NCBI RefSeq assembly: GCF_964204645.1
Contig: NC_134030.1
Location: forward strand, 10,685,947 to 10,749,946
DNA length: 64,000 nt
Direction of reading: 5' to 3'
From: Tubulanus polymorphus
Lineage: Eukaryota > Animalia > Nemertea
Positions 25,383 through 35,935 of the stretch are shown piece after piece. The translations under genes and the position numbers were made by a program. Within the stretch, counting starts at the first letter, position 1; each line of letters starts with the position of its first letter. The notes beneath the pieces were generated by a model. It was given only the letters and a program-made list of their open reading frames with translations, had not been told where the DNA came from and made no database searches.

Positions 25383-26540
25383 TTACGTCCGTGTTTTACT
25401 CGTATGATTCCCACATTTCAGTCCAGTGCTCAGATGATTACGAAAACGATTCCTCGAGGCGCAATAAATGAAAAAATTAGCCGAAGCGATACTCAATCGA
25501 ACCAAATTCTGAGCGGCATTCAAATATTGATAATTCGCTTCCTTGCCAATGTTGCCGTTGAATATGACGATCAGATTTTTTATTGCTGCCCTGACAAAGA
25601 AGCCTTTTTTGATTAGGAATAAACAGCAAATGAGAACTAACGTCACTGTCAGACTACGATCACTCGAAGTGTTCACTTCGTTCTCCGACGACGACGATAG
25701 CTTTTTTCTCTTTGCTCCCGCTGATCTCAACGTGAATATCAACCGAACAGTTATGATTGCAACTAATATCGCCGGAGTCAAGTTGAAAACGACCGCATTG
25801 AAAAACACCTCATAATATTTCAAATAGATATTCTTACCGAATGGGGTATATTTCTGTACCCATTTGGCATGCCCGGTGCACGGGTTGCGATAACGACGAC
25901 TAGTGTATCTGAAGAACAGTCTCACCTGTGAGCAAATGGTTAATATTACAAGCACAATTATGTTAATGTAACCCTTCTTTTTAGTAATCAATTTTACAGC
26001 TTTAAGAGGCCAACACACTACGATATATCTGTCAATAGCGATTGATAAAGTCACGAGGTCGACAAAACACGAAGAAAGTAGGCGTACATTTTGCGTGTAT
26101 GGATGAATCCGTTTCATGGTGTGGTTTATTACATCGGTCATGTCTAGTATGAGTGTATGGCTGTAGAGCTCTTTGTGAAATTCAAAAACGATATATGATA
26201 CGCATAGAAGCATGTCACCAATAGCCAAACAGCGTAGATATAATATGCTCGTGTTTTTCGAACGCTCTTTGGTAAGGATAACAAATGATATAACGTTTCC
26301 GCACACTCCAAAAATCGCAACACCGACCGCAACGTAGTTAACCACCTGGTAAAACATATTCAATTCAAACGATTTGTAATCTGAATGATGTATGTATTTG
26401 CACCGAGGATGCGGTCGGAATCCACGTGCCTCGGTCGTAGACGTGTATGAAATATTTCCATAGGGTGAATAAGAAGTGTCGTTGTTCATCGCGGTGCGAG
26501 TCGTCGATGTTGGTAATGGCGCGGTGCGGCTTGCAATCAT
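25383..26540 (-). CDS. Intronless rhodopsin-family GPCR (FMRFamide/peptide-receptor-like), 385 aa
   Basis: Seven hydrophobic helices; GN in TM1, LAxxD in TM2, DRYIVVCWP, NFFIY..RFR. Confidence 0.9.
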   Translation of the reverse strand: MIASRTAPLPTSTTRTAMNNDTSYSPYGNISYTSTTEARGFRPHPRCKYIHHSDYKSFELNMFYQVVNYVAVGVAIFGVCGNVISFVILTKERSKNTSILYLRCLAIGDMLLCVSYIVFEFHKELYSHTLILDMTDVINHTMKRIHPYTQNVRLLSSCFVDLVTLSIAIDRYIVVCWPLKAVKLITKKKGYINIIVLVILTICSQVRLFFRYTSRRYRNPCTGHAKWVQKYTPFGKNIYLKYYEVFFNAVVFNLTPAILVAIITVRLIFTLRSAGAKRKKLSSSSENEVNTSSDRSLTVTLVLICCLFLIKKGFFVRAAIKNLIVIFNGNIGKEANYQYLNAAQNLVRLSIASANFFIYCASRNRFRNHLSTGLKCGNHTSKTRT

Positions 26541-27359
26541 CTACTTAATTAATGTTAAGTGATATACATGTGTACACACCGATATCGGAAGGTCTGCTAA
26601 TTGGGCTTGCAATTTATTGCTATATGAAATCTTATCCCTATGAAAGGTAATGATCGTATATATGAATACGCGAAGTAACTGAGTCCGAAAGGTAAATTGC
26701 GATGTTGCACGCAGTTCAAGAAGAAACTACCTCAACATCGAAATTTATGTTTGAATGTATCTGCCGAGCAACTCCAGTATTTCTATTTTAAGTCAATAAA
26801 AACCGAAGTTAGCGGATCATGACATTTCTGCTAATGCAAATGTATACAAGCCACCATTTAAGGATTACGCTAAAAAATTTATACTTTGTGTCTCATTTCC
26901 GCTGAGCTTAAAAGTTGACCCGGCCGGCCGCCTATCTACACTGTAAATAACTTTTTTGGAAATCCTGATCAAGCTTACACAAACAGACCCGGCAGTTGTA
27001 GAAACGAACTGATGACGATCCTTATTGGAGAACTTCAATTTGCGAAATTGGAAAGCTTTTTGACAATTCAATAATCGTGATGGTAAACGTAGACGCTAGT
27101 TGTTACTAAATGCAGTATCTCAGAATCTCTCGCGACACGGTTAGCAAATTTTATATCGTTCTCTCAAAGGTCATTCTTATGTCATTCTTATATATTCTAT
27201 TTTCTACTCTGATCCTGTGGTAAGAGGAATAATAAGTAAGACCACGTGAATGGAGTAGTAGTACACCATAGATTTCCTATTACGATACCCCTCTCTATTT
27301 CCGGTGCATTTCACATTCGCTATATCGATCGGAAACATCGAAAAATGTTCTCAGGATAT

Positions 27360-27775
27360 TGCAGGATATCCGCAGGATATTGCTGATACTGATTCAGAGT
27401 AGTCCTGATGCTAAATAGAAGAGTTACAGGAGAGTCCCAGGTTTGGACGCGGGAATTTTTGACTGATTTAGATCAGAGTGGGCCTGATGCTGAACATAGG
27501 ATGTACGGAGTACTTACCCAGTAATTACTTGTTCTGATTCAGGAGTGGTCCTGAACTGAATAGTCGATAAACATACAGGATTGTCACGGGTTCTTTCCCA
27601 GTTATTACTCGTACTGATTCAAAGAGGTCCTGATGCTGAATAGAGGATGTACAGGATTGCCCCGGGCTTGAACCGAATTATTAATGATACAGATTGAGAG
27701 TGGTCTTACTGCAGCTGAATAGAAGATGTAAAAGGGTGTCCCGGGGTCGAACACAGTTATTACCAACACTGATGT
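27360..27775 (+). repeat. Degenerate tandem array of about 75-bp units (5-6 units)
   Basis: Recurring ACTGATTCAGAGTGGTCCTGATGCTGAATAGAGGATGTACAGG..CCCGGG..GAAC at about 27388, 27462, 27533, 27613 and 27689. Confidence 0.8.
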
Positions 27776-29910
27776 ATAATAAACTCCACCTCATGAAAAG
27801 AATAAATTGATAGATAACTATAATCTTGTTTGTCATCATTATATTTATTTCTGAAATATCATTCCGAAATCCATTTCTGTCTATTGTTTTTAGACGGCGG
27901 CAGCTGTTTTAGCTCTCACATTTTTCAACTTTGAATCGACGAGATTCCCCGTACAGCCGACTGCATCATAGTCAATGCAGTTTATCAATACAGTTTGGAT
28001 ATATTACACAATGTCGGAGTTACTTTTTTAACAAAATCTATATTTGCCATAATATACATCAGTAAATGAAACTTAATTAACAGATTTAATTGTATTGTAT
28101 GCAAGTGTAGATGATTAATATTAGGTGTACATAGATGGCAGACCAAATGCAAAGGTAAGAAAAAAGAGAAGAAGAAAAGGAAAGTATCTATAGTACCTGC
28201 TAATGTGCGTAGTAGTATTGTTGGTGTCATTGCAGCTCAAAAGGTAAGTATGATTGGCTGTGAAAAATTTTGTCACTGTAATGGTTAGCTCGCTATCTAA
28301 ATCGAATTTGAGGTTGGGGCTTCCATAAGAACTTAGTTTTTTTCGGTCACAGTTCGTATAGAGTTAAAATGGGAATAATGCCCATTTTATCAAGTTGCTG
28401 GTGAAGCTCATGGATCTTGCGTCGGCGGTGAGTTAAAGGATAAGAAAGTGGTTGGGTGTCAAGGTTCACTCGGCAATGATTTCAATGGGGATTTATATTG
28501 GCAAAATGCCAAAAGTAGTTGGTGTCTCAGGAAAAGATTCACTCGTACGATTCAAACATATTTCTTCTTGGCGATTGAGATTTTTTTTTTATGAGGAAGA
28601 AACGGAATATGTAGGTTTACGTAGATTTATTTGTGGTTTTGAAGAGAGGAATACTTTGAGTAAGGCAACATTTAGATAATTCTTGCATATATGATGGTTT
28701 GTTATAGTTATCGACGTTGAACATGTGTGAATATTTAGCAAAGCTATTTTCTGACCTATTCTCGAAGAATGGTCGACGTCGGAAATCCGGAACAGAGCGA
28801 AAGAGTAACGAGCGAACTATCAGTTTGGAATACCAAAACTGGACTGATTTATTTTTACACACAAACTATTTATATACATTGAGATACGACACAGGTGGAG
28901 ACATGGAAAATGATACAAAAACAAAGGTGACGAGTAGTGACATGACAGTGAGACAAACAACAAGTAACACATTCTGACACAGACAAACAGTATCAGAAGA
29001 CAATGAGTAATAAGATGGAGACATAAAACAATATAGAAATACGAAATATAGATGAAATATGTATAACAATTATCAGTGATATTTAGTGTTGTTAAAAATA
29101 CGTTCTTTACGCCGAGTGGTGGAATTGGCCCGACAATGTGCAATACCTTTGCTGAGAAGCTTGACCCTTGTACGCAGCCCGACACGAGAAGAGCAGCACT
29201 GTATATAGTCCATGGACGTATAAACTAGATCTAGTTTACGTCCATGGTTAGTCTAATAATAGTCTTGAATTGGGGCATTGTAAATGATATCACAGTAATC
29301 GGGATGTTGGGGAAAAAATCGCAAAAATAAAGAACCATGGAGCAAAATGATTCACAGTGCTTTTAGGTTTACGTAGCAACATTAAACTGGATTCTTGCAG
29401 AAACGGATGGCCAGTGAAGGCGCTGAAGAGCTCGTATCAACCGGGTATTTCCGTTTTCGTTTGATCGGACTATTTTTTCGTTTTAACGTGGCAGGAAAAA
29501 GTTCGTTTTATTGCGCGATAAAACGACTTTTAGCCGGGCGGTTTTAAAATCAAAATTTGCAACGCCTTTTTTTAGGTTACATCGCCCGTTCAGTCACCAA
29601 TAGTAATACGTTGAAACGTACATCAATTATAACAAAAGTTATATTTTCGTTGTAAATGACATTTTTAAATATTAGAATCGAACAAACTGACACACATCCA
29701 CATGTATCGTTCATTTATAAACTACAACAAGTTATGTAACGAAGAATGCGACTGTTATCTATATGAGCATACTTCAGTTGGTCGATGACAGTTGCAAAAT
29801 TACCGGCTAGTCTTATTGCAGCAAATATATAGTGACTTCTAGTTTGCAGCGGAAACTTCGGCCTACTATAAAATACACGATGAAGATTGTGGCAGAATTG
29901 ATGGCATTTG

Positions 29911-30729
29911 TATGGTGGCTGATAAGGGCCATAGCGTAAAATTCCTGGTATGTAAATGAGGGCGCCAGAACGCCAGAACGCCAAAACGAAAAAAAACGTC
30001 CAATTTTCTCTAAAAGTTCGTTTTGGCGCGCCAAAACAAAGAAAATTCCGTTTTGGCGCCCCCGCCAAAACAAAGAAAATTCCGTTTTGGCGCCCCCGCC
30101 AAAACGAACTTTCATTTTGGCGCCCCCGCCAAAACGAACTTTCGTTTTGGCGCCCCCGCCAAAACAACGAAAAACGTCGAAATTTCTCTAAAAGTTCGTT
30201 TTGGCGCGCCAAAACAACGAATATTCCGTTTTGGCGCCCCCGCCAAAACAACGAAAAACGTCCAATTTTCTCTAAAAGTTCGTTTTGGCGCGCCAAAACG
30301 GAGAATATTCCGTTTTGGCGCCCCCGCCAAAACGAACTTTCATTTTGGCGCCCCCGCCAAAACAACGAAAAACGTCGAAATTTCTCTGAAAGTTCGTTTT
30401 GGCGCGCCAAAACAAAGAAAAGTTCGTTTTGGCGCGTTGATCTTGTGTGTAATTTGCATAAATTTGCATAAATGAAAATATTTTACGTATATATAGAATT
30501 ATTTTACGTGGTTTAAAGTTCGTATTGGCGGGGGCGCCAAAACGAAAGTTCGTTTTGGCGGGGGCGCCAAAAACGGAATTTTCTTTGTTTTGGCGCGCCA
30601 AAACGAACTTTTAGAGAAAATTGGACGTTTTTTTTCGTTTTGGCGTTCTGGCGTTCTGGCGCCCTCATTTACATACCAGGAATTTTACGCTATGGCCCTT
30701 ATCAGCCACCATACTTATCAGCCACCATA
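29911..30729 (+). mobile_element. Non-autonomous foldback-like DNA transposon, IS3EU-type ends
   Basis: TIR TATGGTGGCTGATAAG.../...CTTATCAGCCACCATA with 6-bp TSD CATTTG (29905-10, 30730-35). Internal arrays of TTTTGGCGC(CCCC)GCCAAAA. The empty site is preserved in the paralogous segment at about 22716. Confidence 0.9.
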
Positions 30730-31687
30730 CATTTGAGTATTCATCGGTCATATAAATATCTGTCCAGAAAACTCGCCAACTGTCGTTATTCATTGGTTTA
30801 GCGGACCCCAGAATTTTCGGAAATCTATTGATGAGATCGATGGCTATTTGACCACAGTTACAACAAATACACAAAAGGGCGGCTCCAACGATCATGGCAG
30901 TGCTTTGTAAATCGATGGATTTCTTTTCGTGCCCGAGTCCTACAATTTCCTTTCCTTCTGATTTTGTGTAGGTTATCAATTTATAGATCAAAAGACGCAA
31001 AAGTCGTAAAATACCAGCTGATGGAATATAAAGATGGATCATATTGACAATGAATATCAAATCTGCTCTCCTAAATTTTCTATACTTCCTGACCAATACG
31101 TGTCTACCATAACACGGACTTGTCACTGGAATACGCACGAAAGCGTAAAAGGCGTAGAAAATGTGAAATCCACAAAAAAGAAGAAACGACGTTACGGAAT
31201 AGACAGTGGTTGGTTCCTTATGGGGGGGGGGGGGGGTTGGAGGGAGGGAGGAGGGGAGAGAGAAGAGGTATTTTTGAACGATCCATTTCTTGATTGGGTC
31301 CCAGGGCCGGGGCTGCGACTAAGTAACAATTGGCTTAAGTGGATTCGCCACTGGGAAGAAAGTCGTATATTCTTGTCATATCGGTTTTTGTATCGGTAAA
31401 TATAATTCATCGACTACAACCTACTCTCGTGAAGAAATAGTATCCGAATACAGATATATATATATATATATATATTACAAGTCCAGGCAGTAGTAATACC
31501 TTGAGGATACTTCATGTGCAGCAAGACTTACAGTAAGTTGTGAGTGGTTCCCAGGGTCCAAAGAGACGAGGGCTTGTTCAATAAGCCACATTAGGAGTTC
31601 CACAGGCTTACGGAGACGGTGGACGGCACACGCGGAGACGGTGCAGACATCACACTCGGAGAATAATAGAAAGCTCGTAAAAGATTG

Positions 31688-32342
31688 ATGAATGAACTAA
31701 AAATGACTGCGGACACTAGGTGGCCGCCGCGATGTGTGGCGTATCTGATAATTTTGATGACGATACTTGTGAATTGCGGAGCTCATTCTAATGCAACATA
31801 TTCCCAAACTGATTCTGGTGTTTGGACCTGGAGCAGCGGAAGCGGTTCACAGCCACCACAACAAAATACACTTGTGACATTAGAACGTAGAGGAGATGAA
31901 CTGACGTTCGAACCGAAAGTAAAATCCAATTGGTTTAATTTCAATTTTTCCTGTCTTTACAAACTGGTCTCTTTTGATCGCCAAGGAAGACATATATTCC
32001 TGACGTTTCCTACTGGCGGCGTTTACATTCGATTCAACGATTTATCGCTGTGTTATTTGGATACGAATAGGAAGTTATCTCAACGTTCCCAAACATTTTG
32101 CAGTTCAGAACGAGTAACCTTGAAATCAACAGCATTGTTCGAATTAATGATAAACAAATCTGAAGAATATTTAAACGTGCAAATTTGTGTGGACGGTAAT
32201 TGTAATGAGGAAGCGTTTGTAGTAAACTCGCTGGTCTTCCACAGAAACGATATCAAAAGTAATTCGATGGTTATTGAAGGTGGGAGAAGTTATAGATATG
32301 AAATTGGAAATCTGGTGATAAACAGTACTACATTAGCACCGG
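31688..32342 (+). CDS. Probable first coding exon of an unknown secreted or membrane protein
   Basis: More than 215 open codons, signal peptide (RCVAYLIILMTILVNCGA), several N-glycosylation sequons, beta-rich composition, phase-1 donor G|GTAAAT at 32342/3. Downstream exons not identified. Confidence 0.6.
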
Positions 32343-33464
32343 GTAAATTAGATTTACATTAGATTTACATTAGATTTCTTCAATACTCGTAAATCATAAT
32401 ATACAATGAATATCCCACGCTAAGAATAAAAAAGAGTCTAAAGTATTTCCATGGGCTAATATTCGATTCAACGTTTCGACTATGTCTCAAGGAACATTTC
32501 AGACTCGTTTTTCATAATCGGTGTGGAGGGGGATTTTATGATATCTTTGTACAACGCTGACATACAGTGTTCAGATCATAGATTATGCCACAACTTCTCT
32601 GATTCGCCGGTTTAATGCCAGACGACCAATTCGAGGAATGGGAAACCGTGCTGGGAAACTTTCCAAAATTCGTTCACTCATTCCGGGCAATGGTTTATTC
32701 TTAATATGTGATAAATAATAAGATCCTTATTGGAGAACTAACTTGAATTCGGAAAGCTTTTTACAATTCAATAATCGTGATGGTAAATGTAGACGTCAGT
32801 TGTTACTAAATGCAGTATCTAAGAATCTCTCGCGTCACACGGTAAGCAAATTTTATATCGTTCTCTCAAAAGGTAAGTCATTCTTATATATTCTATTTTC
32901 TACTCTTGTCCTGTGGCAAGTAGAATTATATGACCACGTAATACAAATGGAGTAGATGTATACCATAGATTGCTTACTACGATACCCCTCCTCTATTTCC
33001 AGATAATATAAGATAAGATATTTATTCCAGTAAATTTCACATCGCGACATCTATCGGAAATATCGAAAAATGTTCTCGGCGAGAACAAACAAGGGTGGCC
33101 CCCAGTTCGAACCCAGGATATTGCTTATACTTATTCAGAGTGTCCGGATGCTGAACAGAGGGCGTATGTACATCAGTGCAAATAATCAAACTTACAGAAT
33201 TAACTTGACCACGTTTGAAATGCATTTTATGCGAGTGTAGATGAAAAATATTAGGCGTTCATAGATGGCAGACCAAATGCAAACGGAAGAGAAAAGATAA
33301 GATGAATAGGAATGTATCTAAGGACCTGCTATGTACGGTGTGATTGCAGCTCTAAGGTTAGCATGATTGGCTGTGACAAATTGCTACTGTAATGGTTAGT
33401 TGGGGCTTCCGCGAACATGTAGTAAGAACTTAGTTTTATCGACTAATGAACTTTGAAATGAATA

Positions 33465-35088
33465 GGCGCTTTTACGAAACTGAATCTTTGTAAAACGAAT
33501 TAAGTTTCACGTTTACAGCACACTATGGTGGCTGATAAGTATGGTGGCTGATAAGGGCCATAGCGTTAAATTCCTGGTATGTAAATGAGGGCGCCAGAAC
33601 GCCAGAACGCCAAAACGAAAAAAAACGTCCAATTTTCTCTAAAAGTTCGTTTTGGCGCGCCAAAACAACGAATATTCCGTTTTGGCGCCCCCGCCAAAAC
33701 AACGAAAAACGTCCAATTTTCTCTAAAAGTTCGTTTTGGTGCGCCAAAACAAAGAAAATTCCGTTTTGGCGCCCGCGCCAAAACGAACTTTCATTTTGGC
33801 GCCCCCGCCAAAACAACGAAAAACGTCGAAATTTCTCTAAAAGTTCGTTTTGGCGCGCCAAAAACGGAGAAAATTCCGTTTTGGCGCCCCCGCCAAAACG
33901 AACTTTCATTTTGGCGCCCCCGCCAAAACGAACTTTCGTTTTGGCGCCCTCGCCAAAACAACGAAATACGTCCAATTTTCTCTGAAAGTTCGTTTTGGCG
34001 CGCCAAAACGGAGAAAATTCCGTTTTGGCGCCCCCGCCAAAACGAACTTTCATTTTGGCGCCCCCGCCAAAACAACGAAAAACGTCGAAATTTCTCTAAA
34101 AGTTCGTTTTGGCGCGCCAAAACGGAGAAAATTCCGTTTTGGCACCCCGCCAAAACGAACTTTCATTTTGGCGCCCCCGCCAAAACGAACTTTGGTTTTG
34201 GCGCCCCCGCCAAAACAACGAAAAACGTCCAATTTTCTCTGAAAGTTCGTTTTGGCGCGCCAAAACAACGAATATTCCGTTTTGGCACCCCCGCCAATAC
34301 GAACTTTAAACCACGTAAAATAATTCTATATATACGTAAAATATTTTCATTTATGCAAATTTATGCAAATTACACACAAGATCAACGCGCCAATTTGAAA
34401 AATAATTTTACTGTGGTTGAATGCTTGTTTTGGCGGGGGCGCCAAAACGGAAATAACCGCGCCAAAACGGATTATTCGTTGTTTTGGCGCGCCAAAACGA
34501 ACTTTTAGAGAAATTTCGACGTTTTTCGTTGTTTTGGCGGGGGCACCAAAACGAAAGTTCGTTTTGGCGGGGGCGCCAAAATGAAAGTTCGTTTTGGCGG
34601 GGGCGCCAAAACGGAATTTTCTCCGTTTTGGCGCGGAAAAACGAACTTTCAGAGAAAATTGGACGTTTTTCGTTGTTTTGGCGTTCTGGCGTTCTGGCGC
34701 CCTCATTTACATACCAGGAATTTTACGCTATGGTCCTTATCAGCCACCATAGCACACGGTTTAGTGAATCCGATTTTGTAAATCAACGCGTTTATGGAAA
34801 CGGTTTAGTAAATTGATTCATTTACTCGGCGAGCAAGTTAGTGGCGATTTAGTCAGCTAAATCCAACATGGCGTCCCCTTCGACCGCGGGCTAAAGACAT
34901 TTATCGCAAATTGTCGTCTATCAATAATTCGGTCACCATTGACGCCCATTTTCTTTCGAATCGTGACCTTTGAATTGATCATGATTCGACTCATTTCTGA
35001 AAAACGATTCGATTTACTAATCCTGTCGGTTTCCGACATCGAATCGGACTTAGCTAAACCGAATCAGATTCAATTTCGTAAAAGCGCC
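33465..35088. mobile_element. Older MITE hosting the second foldback element
   Basis: TIR GGCGCTTTTACGAAA / TTTCGTAAAAGCGCC flanked by TA. Confidence 0.75.
33524..34751 (-). mobile_element. Second foldback-like IS3EU-type element, opposite orientation
   Basis: Same TIRs with 6-bp TSD GCACAC (33518-23, 34752-57); the same AT-rich core appears as reverse complement at about 34300-34390. Confidence 0.9.
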
Positions 35089-35935
35089 TAATTTTTAGGC
35101 TCCTGAATCAAAACGTTATCACATGACCAACCAAATATAGTAAAAGAACAAACAAATAACACAGCTATAAGATGTACGGAAAATACGTAATGGATGGGGA
35201 GGAACCCCTTGAAGAAATGTTCGTTTTCCTTTGAGGTGACGGTACTCATTGGCAACATGCTTAGAAACCACCACGATTCATAAAAATGTGTCTATACAGT
35301 ACCGAGACAGGTAGAAGAAAAAACATATCAAAATTATCATGTGATGAGAAGCCAAAAAAGATTCTCTGTTGTTCTTGTAGGGAAAACGTCCAGTTGACAT
35401 CAAATTTGTCGACTCCAAAACTTTCGCGTCATGTTCCGAGACGTCATTATTAAGGTGGGATATATTCCGAGGATTCCACGCGATATGAGAACGAACAACT
35501 CTTAAGTACAGAAAAAAAGACGTTTTAATAATACTGCATAATGTCATTTCTGAAGCGCAATGCTCCTTATAAAAGTCCAAATGTGCTACTCCTAGAAACT
35601 ATGTAGCTAGCACGGAATAGAACAGTTTTTAGTATCGGCTTGAATGTATCGAAAGACATTGGGTCTGGTATGTCCGCAAGAAGGTTATTCGACAGATTGG
35701 GAACATATGTGGAGAATGCTCTACTACCATACGAAGACTAGCGGAAAATAGGAACAACCAGTCTCTCCTGAATAGCAGAACGTAAGGTCTGTTAGTCCGG
35801 TTAAGTATGAAGGAGCCTGATGATTCAGTGCTTTAAGGTTTACGTTGCAACCTTAAACTGGATTATTGCAAAAACGGTAGCCAGTGAAGGCGCTGAAGAG
35901 CTGGAATCTTGTTTTCATCAACAAAAAAAAGAATA

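Noticed and set aside
28717-28977. 86-aa ORF
   Set aside because: No start context, splice support or recognisable motif; lies among decayed repeats.
29715-34816. Many overlapping ORFs (FWRGRQN / RFGAPAK repeats) and a superficially CRISPR-like repeat-spacer pattern
   Set aside because: The ORFs arise from stop-poor repeats inside TIR/TSD-bounded transposons. The linkers are recurrent rather than unique spacers, there are no cas genes, and the context is eukaryotic.
32560-35900. Protein-like fragments (FAGLMPDDQFEEWETV, DPYWRTN, exon-like 35633-35783) as downstream exons of the 31688 gene
   Set aside because: I could not build a phase-consistent, stop-free chain; at most these are remnants of a decayed gene.
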